A stretch of 64,000 nt of DNA from Pirellulales bacterium (GTDB lineage Bacteria; Planctomycetota; Planctomycetia; Pirellulales; UBA1268): assembly GCA_040260935.1 (NCBI GenBank), contig JBDQOY010000194.1, positions 717 through 64,716 of the forward strand. The letters run 5' to 3'. The notes under the pieces are model-generated. The model worked only from the letters and a program-made list of their open reading frames with translations, was not told where the DNA came from and searched no databases. Positions within the stretch are counted from its first letter, which is position 1. The number at the start of each line of letters is the position of its first letter. This document shows positions 1-8,908 of the stretch, one piece after another. Position numbers and translations under genes: made by a program.

Positions 1-1100
1 AAGTCTTCACGGGCGATGGCTCCGGAGCAGCTGCAGGTCACCAGCACGCCACCTGGCTCCAGCAGATCGACTGCCAGCCGATTGATGCGGTGATAGGCTC
101 GCAAGGCATCGGCGGCGGTGGCCCGGCTGCGGGCGAATTTGGGCGGGTCGAGCACTACCATGCCGAACCGCGCCCCGGCAGCCTGCAGGGCAGCCAGCTT
201 CTCGAAGGCGTCGGCCTGTTCCACGGTCATGGTGGTGGCGGCATTGAGTTCGGCATTGGCCCGGGCCAACGCCACCGCGCCGGGGCTTGAGTCAACCGAC
301 AGCACGGCCGAGGCCTTTCCTGTGACTGCTGCTGCCACCCCGAAGCCACCGGAATAGCAGAACATGTCGAGCACTCGCCGCCCTCGGGCGTAGCGGGCCG
401 CCGCCTGCCGGTTGTCCCGCTGGTCGAGATAGTAGCCGGTCTTCTGCCCTTCGGTCAGATCGACCCCAAACCGGAGCCCGTGTTCGGTCACGAAGACAGG
501 CCCATCTGGACGGGTGCCTCGCAGCAAGCGATCGGGCAGGTGGAGCCCTTCCAGTTTGCCGAGACCGCGTTCAGCACCACGCAGGACTATGCCCTGAGGC
601 TTGATGAGTTGCTCCAGCGTGTCACAGATCGGCTCCAGCCGCTCTGCCATCGCCAGGGCGGTCACCTGGATCGTCAGATAGGCGCCATACCGGTCGATGA
701 TCAGCCCGGACAGATCATCGCCCTCGCTGTTGACCAGCCGGCAGCCCCCCTCGGGATTGTCGAGGCCCAACTGGTGACGGAGGCCGACCGCAGCGGCCAG
801 CCGGGTTTCCCACAACGCATCATCGAGCAGCTGCTCGGCGTCAAATGCGTAGAGTCTCACCCGCAGTCGGCTTGAACTGTTCCAAAGGCCACGGGCGATG
901 AACTGACCGTCGTGGGTCACCAGGTCGACCACTTCGCCATCGGCCGGACTGCCTTCGACTCGCTGGATGGCAGAGTCAAGCACCCAGGGATGGCGGCCAA
1001 AGAACGGCCGGGCCCGCTTCGGTTTGACAAACACAGTCGCGACAGCACCACCACGCTCGGGGCCATTGCCAGCCGCATCAGCGGCAGTCTCGTCAGGCAT
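1..1100 (-). CDS. class I SAM-dependent rRNA methyltransferase, RlmI-like (C-terminal end runs off the left edge of the window)
   Basis: This gene is absent from the ORF track because it has no stop codon inside the window. My reverse-complement translation reads MPDETAADAAGNG..FVKPKRARPFFGRHPWVLDSAIQRVEG (PUA-like N-terminus) .. RRVLDMFCYSGGFG .. MVVLDPPKFARS .. LLEPGGVLVTCSCSGAI, which are typical RlmI-type motifs. The ATG at 1098-1100 overlaps the stop of the upstream gene by 8 nt. Confidence 0.8.
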   Translation of the reverse strand, partial: MPDETAADAAGNGPERGGAVATVFVKPKRARPFFGRHPWVLDSAIQRVEGSPADGEVVDLVTHDGQFIARGLWNSSSRLRVRLYAFDAEQLLDDALWETRLAAAVGLRHQLGLDNPEGGCRLVNSEGDDLSGLIIDRYGAYLTIQVTALAMAERLEPICDTLEQLIKPQGIVLRGAERGLGKLEGLHLPDRLLRGTRPDGPVFVTEHGLRFGVDLTEGQKTGYYLDQRDNRQAAARYARGRRVLDMFCYSGGFGVAAAVTGKASAVLSVDSSPGAVALARANAELNAATTMTVEQADAFEKLAALQAAGARFGMVVLDPPKFARSRATAADALRAYHRINRLAVDLLEPGGVLVTCSCSGAIARED

Positions 1101-3648
1101 GGACGACCTGCTTGGCAGGCTCTGGCAGGACGTGCGGCTGGGGTAGCGAGTCAGTCCCTGGGTCGGCTTTGACCCGGCGATGGTCCTTGGCGGTCTTCTT
1201 CTTTTCCAGCCGCAACACACTCCAGCCGAAGATGTCACCGAGTGGTCCAGCAAGCAGAGCGGGCAGCAAGACAAGATTCCCCACCAGGGCGACGGTCAGC
1301 ATTGCCAGCATCATGTGGCCAAATCGCTGCGTCGGACCGAAGGGCGAAAGCGAAAAGACTGAGAGGCCGATGCCGATTACGCCCCAGCTCTGGTACATCG
1401 CCCGGGCACAGCCCTTGTATGCGAGCATGGTGGCGGCCTTGCGATCGAGGCCTTCGGCGATGCCTCGGCGGAACCAGAGCATGAAGTGAACCACGTCATC
1501 GACGGTGACACCGAGGGCCACGCTTGGGGCCATCACCGTGCCAATGTCGATCAACAGATTCCCGGTGCCGAGGTTTTTGAGCAGTTCATTGCCCCAGCCC
1601 ATGCCGCCGAAGACAACCACCGCAGGGAACGCGGCCGGCAGCAGCAGCACCAGGCCCGCCGAAGCTGCTCGGCAGAGCAACACCATCACCAGTACGATGA
1701 TCGCGAAGTCGCTGACGAAGCCGATAATCAGGCCGTCCAGCAACGAGTGCTGCGCCTTGTAGACCAGTGGCACCAGACCGGTGTAATCGACCGCCACTCC
1801 CTTGATGCCATCACCCTCATAGCGGGCGAGAATCGGGTCGATCTTCGACTGCAGATCGCGTTTGAAGTCGGCGTAGTCGACTTCTTTGGTGGCACTGACG
1901 CGGGCACTGATCCGCCAGAGTTCTTGATCGCGAACGCCCTGCTCATCTTCCACCGTCGCCTCGCGGAGGTAGTCGCCGTCCAGGAATTCGTGGCGGTGGG
2001 CTTCCAGCCGCCGGTTGAGCACGCTTCGCCGGGTGCGGGCTGTCAGGCCAAAGACCCGACCGGCAGCACCACCCAGGCCACTGCCGCCGACGTCGAGGCT
2101 GCGTCCAAAGGTGACCGTCGAGAGCGAACTGCCGACCTCGTTGAGCTGGCCGATCTCACGCTGGATCTCATCAACCAGTTCCATGCGTTCGAGGAAGTTC
2201 AGTTCGCACTGCTGCTGATCGACCCGAATGAGAATCTCCATCGGGACAAGCGGGCCCAGATTCTTCTCCAGCCAGCGATAGTCCTGCCGGATTCGGGCCT
2301 GCGGCGAGAACAGCCGCATCAACTGCACGCTGCTTTCAACCTTGGTCATGCCATAGGCGAAGCCGGCCATCGTGAGCAGGCAGACCGTGGCAACCGAGAC
2401 ATTGTGCCGCGTGATCCACTGCCCAACCCGCCACCAGGGGCTCTCTTCAATGGGTCGCCAGGTGTCTTCCTCATCGCCTTCCGCCAAGGCCCCAAGTCGC
2501 AGTTTGGGGGGAAACAGTTCGAGGAATGCCGGCATCAGCGTCAGCAAAATGATGAAGCTCACGACCACGCCAATGGCCGAGAAGATGCCGAACATCTTGA
2601 TCGGCACGAGTTCACTGACTGCCAGCGTGGCTAGGCCGACCGCCGTGGTGCCGGTGGCCAACGACAGCGGCAGCAAGGCGTGGTGGACGGATGCGCCGGC
2701 AGCTCCCTTGAGAACGCCCGTCTCGGCAAGCTGGTCCCGATAGTAGTTGGCCAGGTGGATCGCTCCACTGGTGGTGGCGACGTAGACCAGCGACGGCATG
2801 GTCAGCAGGATCGCATCGACCGGATAGCCCGAGTACCAGACGATGGCCAGACTGGCAAACATGCTGTAGACGCCCGAAGCGAGCACGAGGCCAACGAGCA
2901 CCTTGCTTTTCAGACTCCACCAACTGACGAAAAAGCCGACAACGAGCGACAGGCCAAAAAGCAGCGTCACACTGGTCTGGCCCGCGCGGTCGATCGAGAC
3001 GTTGTCGACCGGAGGACCGCCCATGTGCAGCGTCTCTTCGGGAATTCCACACTCCTCGACGGCAACATCTTTGATGGTGTCGATTGCCCCGTGCAGATTC
3101 GCCCGGGCAGCATCTGAGAGCGTGAGGACAAGACAGGTCTGCAGGCTGTCGACGTTCGCAACGACGGCTCGTTCAGTGTCTTGGGGGTTCGCTCCCGCTG
3201 CTGCGGCCGGATCGGCGTCCGGTGGATCACCAATCAATGCACCGGTGAGACGATCGACCGCCTCCTTGGGATCGAGGTTGAGCGGCTCCTCGGTCATCTG
3301 CTCGACCGCACGTGGCCCGGTCTGGGCGGTCTTGAAGAAGATCAGCCGACCAATTCGTGAGGCCTCTTCCGGTGGCGGCAGGAGTTTGCGGGCCAGCAGT
3401 TCCAGCCGTGGGTCCGCCATCGTGCAGCCATCCCAGCTGACGAGGATGAACTCTTCGCCCTGAAAGTTCTGGCGGAAGAATCGATAGGTCTGGGTTTCTG
3501 GATACTCCAGCGGCAACCAGCCTTTGACGTCATTCCGGTTGTTGCCCTTCGCCTTGATGGCACCCACAACCACCATGGGCAGCAGGAAGACCAGAATGGC
3601 AAGAATCCAGACGCTGTACCGTTCGTAAAAACCCGTTCGTTGGGACAT
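1093..3648 (-). CDS. RND/MMPL-family membrane transporter (HpnN-like)
   Basis: The protein has two bundles of about 6 hydrophobic helices separated by large soluble loops, which is the RND/MMPL layout. I place the start at ATG 3646-3648 (MSQRTGFYERYSVWILAILVFLL), which has GAGG 5 nt upstream. The longest ORF extends to 3741. Confidence 0.75.
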   Translation of the reverse strand: MSQRTGFYERYSVWILAILVFLLPMVVVGAIKAKGNNRNDVKGWLPLEYPETQTYRFFRQNFQGEEFILVSWDGCTMADPRLELLARKLLPPPEEASRIGRLIFFKTAQTGPRAVEQMTEEPLNLDPKEAVDRLTGALIGDPPDADPAAAAGANPQDTERAVVANVDSLQTCLVLTLSDAARANLHGAIDTIKDVAVEECGIPEETLHMGGPPVDNVSIDRAGQTSVTLLFGLSLVVGFFVSWWSLKSKVLVGLVLASGVYSMFASLAIVWYSGYPVDAILLTMPSLVYVATTSGAIHLANYYRDQLAETGVLKGAAGASVHHALLPLSLATGTTAVGLATLAVSELVPIKMFGIFSAIGVVVSFIILLTLMPAFLELFPPKLRLGALAEGDEEDTWRPIEESPWWRVGQWITRHNVSVATVCLLTMAGFAYGMTKVESSVQLMRLFSPQARIRQDYRWLEKNLGPLVPMEILIRVDQQQCELNFLERMELVDEIQREIGQLNEVGSSLSTVTFGRSLDVGGSGLGGAAGRVFGLTARTRRSVLNRRLEAHRHEFLDGDYLREATVEDEQGVRDQELWRISARVSATKEVDYADFKRDLQSKIDPILARYEGDGIKGVAVDYTGLVPLVYKAQHSLLDGLIIGFVSDFAIIVLVMVLLCRAASAGLVLLLPAAFPAVVVFGGMGWGNELLKNLGTGNLLIDIGTVMAPSVALGVTVDDVVHFMLWFRRGIAEGLDRKAATMLAYKGCARAMYQSWGVIGIGLSVFSLSPFGPTQRFGHMMLAMLTVALVGNLVLLPALLAGPLGDIFGWSVLRLEKKKTAKDHRRVKADPGTDSLPQPHVLPEPAKQVVHA

Positions 3649-3975
3649 GTCGCCTCGTGTCGAACCTTCGCTGGTCCGCTGCTGAAAGAACCGGACAAAC
3701 GCCGGTGGTGAATCGATGGCCTGGGGAGGCACTGCCTCCAATGACTTGGCCTGTGAACGCCTCCGCGAGTGCTTCCGGGAGCATCCCGGAAGAGCTCTCG
3801 AAGCCTTGAAAATTACCGATCGTCCAACCCAGAGTCTATATCGTCGCCGCCTGAGGCCGACCTTTTCTCCCGAACTTTCCGTGCGTAAACGTTGCCTCAG
3901 GAACGCTTCCTACCACCCGCAGCCTTTCCCAAAACTGCGCACTTTTCCAGCGACCCCCTCACAGTGACTGATTTT

Positions 3976-4266
3976 TCAGTCGTCGCCCTCCGGCTGCGCT
4001 GCGGCAGTCTCGCTGGCTCGAAACTGCCGCTCTCGATGCGAGCCGTCGCAGAACGGCCGGCAGCCTGAGTGGCCGCAGCGACACAGGGCGACAGCACGCT
4101 TGTGATCAGGCAGCCGGAAGGGCTGCCCGTGGTGGTCATTCACCCGTACCTCCGCCCTGACCTGTCCATCGGACTCTCGGGGCAGTTCGATCACCAGTGG
4201 ACCGTCTTCGCGGCAGCGGATGGTCACCACAGGCTTCTCGGCAGCATTGGACAGCGGCAGGTTCAT
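3976..4266 (-). CDS. CDGSH iron-sulfur domain-containing protein
   Basis: CRCGHSGCRPFCDGSH matches the CxCxxSxxxPxCDGSH 2Fe-2S signature. The start MNLPLSN at 4264-4266 overlaps the lgt stop as ATGA. The ORF-track extension to 4326 would overlap lgt. Confidence 0.8.
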   Translation of the reverse strand: MNLPLSNAAEKPVVTIRCREDGPLVIELPRESDGQVRAEVRVNDHHGQPFRLPDHKRAVALCRCGHSGCRPFCDGSHRERQFRASETAAAQPEGDD

Positions 4267-5336
4267 TCGCTGGATCCTCCGAGGGTGGCGGAACGCTCCC
4301 GCACTGGCTGCCGCGACAGCCACCACCAGAGCAGGCCTGCAGCAGTCAGCATGACGAGGGAGATCAACTGGGAGATCGACAGCGGCGTGCCAAGTGCCGG
4401 GGCTTCATCGATGCGGATTGTCTCAAGCAGGATGCGGGAGATCGGGTGCAGGGTCAGCACCAGCGCAAAGACCTCTCCGTCGCGGCGGGCAACCGGCGTG
4501 AAGGCGACTGCCAGCCCCGCCAGGATTGCGGCATCAAGTGCTGCGTAGAGTTGCGCTGGATGAACGGGCAGACTTGGACCAGCAACGCCGCCTGCAGCTG
4601 GATGTGGCAGCAGGCCTCGCGCGACCTGATCAAACCAGGGGGGGCTCCCCGGTGGAAACTGAACCGCCCAGGGCAACTCACAGAGCCCACCGTAACAGCA
4701 GCCGTTGAGGAAGCAGCCAATCCGGCCGAGGGCCAGCCCGACCAACAGCCCCGGTGCGATGCAGTCAGCCAGTTGCAGTAACGAAAGTCCCCGTCGCCGA
4801 GCAAACCACCAGGCTGCCACGGCGGCCGTGGGCAGGGCACCGAAGACGACCAGTCCGCCCGCAGCCAGGTTGAGCACTGCTGGAATCGCCGTGATCGGGC
4901 TCTGACCCGGCAGAAAGAACCGATCGTGGTACTCGATGACGTAGAAAAGTCGCGCTCCGATCAGCCCTGCCACAAAGACTTCAAGGGCCAAGGCGATGAT
5001 CGTGTCGGCATCGATGCCAACGCGGCGACCGCGGACGATTGAGAGCCAGGTGCCGGCCACAGCCGCGGCCAACAGCATGGCACCATACCCCCGAATCGGC
5101 ACACCCTGTCCATCATCGAGGGCCGGCAGCCCCCAAAGGATCAGCCCACCACTGATGGCGAATGGGGCAAGCAACGAGGAAAGGCCGGCCAGACCCTGGC
5201 GTCGGCCTATTGTCAGCCCAACGACGACAGCACTCACCACGGCCCAGACGGCAAGCAGCAGCCCCCAGCCAAACAGCGGCACCGATGTCGCGCCCACGGT
5301 GATCCGTGCCGGAATGTGAAAGAGCGTGGTCAGCAC
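4263..5336 (-). CDS. lgt: prolipoprotein diacylglyceryl transferase
   Basis: The 357-aa product is a polytopic membrane protein. Its N-terminus is LFHIPARITVG..VPLFGWGLLLA and it carries the GRIGCFLNGCCYG signature of Lgt. Confidence 0.9.
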   Translation of the reverse strand: MLTTLFHIPARITVGATSVPLFGWGLLLAVWAVVSAVVVGLTIGRRQGLAGLSSLLAPFAISGGLILWGLPALDDGQGVPIRGYGAMLLAAAVAGTWLSIVRGRRVGIDADTIIALALEVFVAGLIGARLFYVIEYHDRFFLPGQSPITAIPAVLNLAAGGLVVFGALPTAAVAAWWFARRRGLSLLQLADCIAPGLLVGLALGRIGCFLNGCCYGGLCELPWAVQFPPGSPPWFDQVARGLLPHPAAGGVAGPSLPVHPAQLYAALDAAILAGLAVAFTPVARRDGEVFALVLTLHPISRILLETIRIDEAPALGTPLSISQLISLVMLTAAGLLWWWLSRQPVRERSATLGGSSE

Positions 5337-6211
5337 GGGGCCTGGGTCCGCGGAGGAAGGAGAAGATTATCAATCAGGCGGGTTCCACCGAGTCGGCCGG
5401 CAATCAAGGCAATGGCAGATGTGGCCTGATCATCCGGAGCCAAGGGGTCAAGCGTATCGGCCGCAACCACGGTTGCGTAGTCAATGGCGATTGAGGCAGC
5501 CTCGAGGATCGCGGCCATGCGGTGCTCAATGTCCGAAATAGAGTGGCCCTGCTGCCAGTCGCCCTGAGCCTGCTTGAGGGCGGTCGACAGGGCAGTTGCC
5601 TGTCTGCGCTCGGGAACGGAGAGGTACGCATTCCGGGAACTGAGCGCCAGCCCGTCGGCGTCACGCACGGTCGGGCAGACAACCACCTCGATTGGCAGCC
5701 CAAGGTCGGCGACCATCCGTTTGACCACCAAGGTCTGCTGCCAATCCTTGGCGCCAAAATAAGCCGCGTCAGCTGGAACGCAGTGGAACAGACGACAGAC
5801 CACGGTGGCCACACCGGCAAAATGCCCCGGCCGCAGCTGGCCCTCAAACGGCTCGGCTGGCCCCGCCACCTCGACCCGGGTGGCATGGTCCGGGGGATAC
5901 ATCTCGATCACGTCCGGTGCGTAGATCCAGCGGACTCCAACCGGGGCAAGTCGTTCGCAGTCTGCCGCCAGATCTCGCGGGTAGCGATCGAAGTCTTCCT
6001 GCGGTCCAAACTGTGTCGGATTGACGAAGATTGAAACTGCCACGGCGGTACAGTCGTTGGCGGCTTGTTCCACTAAACTGGTGTGACCGGCATGCAGGCT
6101 TCCCATTGTCGGCACGAAGCCGACCCGCTCGCCATCGGTCTGGGCGGCTCGCACCCGTTGCCGCATCTCGTCGCTCCGGCGAATGATCGTCGGCGGTCGA
6201 TCCCCCTTCAT
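5330..6211 (-). CDS. panC: pantoate--beta-alanine ligase (pantothenate synthetase)
   Basis: VGFVPTMGSLHAGHTSLVEQA and YFGAKDWQQ are PanC hallmarks in a 293-aa product. The stop overlaps the lgt start by 7 nt, and the start overlaps the folK stop by 4 nt. Confidence 0.9.
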   Translation of the reverse strand: MKGDRPPTIIRRSDEMRQRVRAAQTDGERVGFVPTMGSLHAGHTSLVEQAANDCTAVAVSIFVNPTQFGPQEDFDRYPRDLAADCERLAPVGVRWIYAPDVIEMYPPDHATRVEVAGPAEPFEGQLRPGHFAGVATVVCRLFHCVPADAAYFGAKDWQQTLVVKRMVADLGLPIEVVVCPTVRDADGLALSSRNAYLSVPERRQATALSTALKQAQGDWQQGHSISDIEHRMAAILEAASIAIDYATVVAADTLDPLAPDDQATSAIALIAGRLGGTRLIDNLLLPPRTQAPC

Positions 6212-7347
6212 GCGATTGCCTCAACCGCGGCAACCGCATCGAGGACTGCCCGGCCGAGATCATCGGCAGCGAGGCGAATCACTGCCTTGGGCCGAGGGCA
6301 GCATCCTCCGCCGTGCAAAAGGCAGTCAGACATGGCCTCTTGGAGGGCCAGAAGGGTGGCCACGCCACGCTCGCCCCCGTCGGCGGCCTGGGTCGCGACC
6401 AGATCGGCAAAGACATCACTGCTGTCAGTGGCATGAGAGCGGTAGGCCATCCGCTCAACGAGCGTCTGCTGCCGCACCTCGAGAAACAGCACCACGTGTG
6501 GGCAGACCGTCTCGCGGCTCACCTGGTGAAAGGCCGACAGGAACGATTCCCTTTCCTCCGGGGGAAGCCACGCGTCAGCAGCCAGCCGCACACCTTCCAG
6601 CCAATAGTCGGCCACGGTTCCGTGCGGATCATCAGGCCACTGTGACTCGCGGAGCGGAGCAGCATAGGCCTCCACACGCTCAAGCCAGCCTTGATTGGCA
6701 GCGGTTGGTTCCGACTGGTGGGCAGCCACGCGACCGCAGCCAGGCAGAGCAGTTGGGGCGTGGAGAAGCCGGGCCAGTGTCACATCTGCGACCGCTGCCG
6801 CAACTTCGGCTGCCCCACTACCGGGCACGCCGGCAACGGCCACATGCAGATGACGCTGGGAGATATTTTCCAAGAGTTCTCTCAGGGTGCAGCCGGCAAC
6901 AGGATGCCGCAGGTCAGCAGCGATCTCGGTGGCAGGCTCCAGCACGAACCGCCGGGTTGTCATCCGCGGGTGAGGCACCTGGAGCCGTTCGGTTGTGATG
7001 ACCCGCTCGTCATACATCAGCAGATCAAGGTCGATCGTTCGGGGCCCCCAGCGGGTGTGCCGCTCACGGTGGAGTGTATTTTCAACCGCCGCCAGCATGT
7101 CGAGCATCTGTTCAGGCGCAAACCTGGTTTCCACCAGGCAGGCCGCGTTGAGAAAGGGCGGCTGGCCGGGCGGCCCGCCGATCGGCCGCGTCTCCACAAA
7201 CCGACTCACCTCGAGCATCTCCACGCCCGGCATGAACCGCAGCATGTCGATTGCCTGGTCGAGCTGCTCGCGGCGGCTGCCCAGATTGGCACCGCAGCCA
7301 ATCAAGCACCGTGAGGGTCGCACAACGCCTTCGGTTTCAGGAACCAT
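6208..7347 (-). CDS. folK: 2-amino-4-hydroxy-6-hydroxymethyldihydropteridine diphosphokinase fused to a deoxynucleoside-kinase-like domain with a degenerate P-loop
   Basis: The N-terminal ~150 aa (CLIGCGANLGSR..FVETRPIGGPPGQPPFLNAA..GPRTIDLDLLMYD..LQVPHPRM) is HPPK. The C-terminal ~230 aa has VAGVPGSGAAEV where a GxxGxGK[ST] Walker A would sit, and it has a dNK-like order of blocks. I set the start at MVPETEG (7345-7347). The longest ORF reaches 7425. Confidence 0.75.
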   Translation of the reverse strand: MVPETEGVVRPSRCLIGCGANLGSRREQLDQAIDMLRFMPGVEMLEVSRFVETRPIGGPPGQPPFLNAACLVETRFAPEQMLDMLAAVENTLHRERHTRWGPRTIDLDLLMYDERVITTERLQVPHPRMTTRRFVLEPATEIAADLRHPVAGCTLRELLENISQRHLHVAVAGVPGSGAAEVAAAVADVTLARLLHAPTALPGCGRVAAHQSEPTAANQGWLERVEAYAAPLRESQWPDDPHGTVADYWLEGVRLAADAWLPPEERESFLSAFHQVSRETVCPHVVLFLEVRQQTLVERMAYRSHATDSSDVFADLVATQAADGGERGVATLLALQEAMSDCLLHGGGCCPRPKAVIRLAADDLGRAVLDAVAAVEAIA

Positions 7348-7644
7348 CACGCATCCTCGTGGTGGACTGAACGCAGTTGAGCAGAACCCTGTGGGCGACC
7401 GGCCCGCAGTCGTCCGGCCCAGCATGGCTGGACGCCCTGCTCATGTCGCCGTCAGCGTGCGTTCATGCGGTCAACGACAGCGTGGCCCATTCTATGGGTT
7501 CGACCCGGAGGAAAAGCAAGCAGGGCCGAGATGGCCCGTGCTGCCCTCATGCCCCTCCGGCAAACGATTTCGAAGGCGGGGGGGACATCCAAGCCACGGC
7601 TGTTGCCGTCGACTGTCGATCCCTCACGTCGCCGCCCCCCTTAA

Positions 7645-7678
7645 GTCTTCGGACTTGCGTCTTCAAACTTGCGTCTTC
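7645..7678. repeat. three GTCTTC hexamers phased exactly 14 bp apart (7645, 7659, 7673), the last two within an 11-nt direct repeat CTTGCGTCTTC
   Basis: Read directly from the sequence: aaGTCTTCggacttgcGTCTTCaaacttgcGTCTTCgaaa. The repeat lies inside the 840-bp gene-free spacer. Confidence 0.6.
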
Positions 7679-8269
7679 GAAATCGTATTTTCGGAAACAC
7701 GTCTGTGCACGTGCTGGTATCACACCACCAATCACCACAACGATGCGGCCGCGAACCTCCTGATTTCCCTTCAGCATGGTCACCAGCCTCGAGCGGTGCC
7801 AGAATCGATCAAGCGTTTCCCTGACGTTGAGTGCAGCGAGCCTGAGTGATCGATGACTGAGGCTGCATTCTGTGAAGCCATAGCATTCTGTCAAGCACGA
7901 TGGCTGGCGTCCGCGAGAAGACTTTGCAAGGCTTCAAAAACACTGCTGCCGCACCATTGGAAATTCTGTTGTGCAAGCTGCGGAGACAGGCTGTTCACTG
8001 TGGTGTGGCGCAAAATCGGCAGCTTGCCTGCTGGTGGGGCAGGCGAGTTCGTGCCGGCACTTTCGTTGGTGCACCGATTGTCGATAGGTGCTGCCCGCAC
8101 CACCGCTGGTACCGCCGCACGCACACCCTCCGGCCTGTCGGAGCTGCCGTTTGCCGGGGAAAACATCGGTGTCTGATAGGAATCGCAGCATGCTGGTGGC
8201 GATGATGCTCACCAAGCGTTAGGTGTGGTTTGAGAAACCCGATATACTCCGGCATCCGTTCGCCAACAG

Positions 8270-8854
8270 ATGCGTCAGGTTGGGAACGGGTTGGTCGTGT
8301 GGAGGTTCGCCTTCGTGATTTCAGCCCGCCCCAGCGTCACCGAACTGGTTTTCCAGCTGTACGGACGGTCCCTTCACCCGGAACTGTTTCAGCAGCATGC
8401 GGTTCGCCGAGTTGAACGCGGGGCGTTTCAGGCCGAGGTCGCGATCACCGAAAGTGGGCATGTTGTCTGCTGGCGAGGGGAAGGGCTGACGCTGAGCGAG
8501 GTGGCCACATCGGCCGCTGCTCCGCTGCCGCTGAAGCGACGGCTGCTGTCGCACCCGATTCGGGGCGAACGGAGTGATTCACTGGAGTGCACCAACGGAG
8601 TCTGCTACGAGACCGCCTTCCAGTTGGAACGCGTCCAGCCCGACGTTTTTTGGACGTTTCAGCAGGAACTCTGTGACGATGGCATGACCCACGGACTGTT
8701 CCACCGATTTGCTACCGGTAGCAGGCTGGCCGTTGGTGCCGTCAGCTGGGTTCACGTCGAGACTCGGACGAAAAGCCTGATCGTCCAGGCCTTCCACACG
8801 TTCCCCGACGACTTCGCGATCGTGAAGAGCCAGTCGATTTTCCAGATTCCCTGA
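8270..8854 (+). CDS. DUF2617-like hypothetical protein
   Basis: The LVFQLYGRSLHPELF block near the N-terminus is what I remember as the DUF2617 hallmark. Coding-like GC3 is present. An alternative GTG start at 8315 is preceded by GGAGG 9 nt upstream. Confidence 0.55.
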   Translation: MRQVGNGLVVWRFAFVISARPSVTELVFQLYGRSLHPELFQQHAVRRVERGAFQAEVAITESGHVVCWRGEGLTLSEVATSAAAPLPLKRRLLSHPIRGERSDSLECTNGVCYETAFQLERVQPDVFWTFQQELCDDGMTHGLFHRFATGSRLAVGAVSWVHVETRTKSLIVQAFHTFPDDFAIVKSQSIFQIP

Positions 8855-8908
8855 AATTCCCGGTTCAGCCCCCTGCGACTGGCTGAGGGGCCGTGTAAAC
8901 TGCTGCCC

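Noticed and set aside
1486-2634. A 382-aa plus-strand ORF, and many similar long ORFs: 15961-17490 (509 aa), 53441-54631 (396 aa), 54563-55585 (340 aa), 23379-24347 (322 aa), 8579-9415 (278 aa), 6183-6998, 6995-7849 and 21832-22596.
   Set aside because: Each lies antisense or out of frame to a gene with clear family motifs (MMPL, DUF1501, SelO, DEAD-box helicase, DASS transporter, response regulator, folK, ppdK). Their products are Arg/Pro/Gly/Ala-rich low-complexity sequences. This is the usual stop-codon-poor artefact of high-GC DNA.
3772-3792. A perfect 9-bp palindromic hairpin, CTTCCGGGA-gca-TCCCGGAAG, between the CDGSH and MMPL genes.
   Set aside because: There is no T-run on either strand, so I did not call it an intrinsic terminator. 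It may be an mRNA-processing or stability element, but I have no further support.
7426-8269. Possible tmRNA, RNase P RNA, SRP RNA or a known riboswitch in the 840-bp spacer. A minus-strand GGGGGGCGGCGACGUGAGGGAUCGAC resembles a tmRNA 5' end, and CCGGAGGAAAAGCAAGCAGGGCC vaguely resembles SRP domain IV.
   Set aside because: I could not find a matching tRNA-like 3' end (T-loop plus ..CCACCA). The only in-frame peptide before the nearby TAA ends ..DASPKT, which is not a hydrophobic tmRNA tag such as ..ALAA. The RNase P conserved GAGGAAAGUCC and ACAGAA boxes are absent, as is the SRP GGAA/AGCA symmetric loop. The region is kept only as an unclassified structured-RNA candidate.
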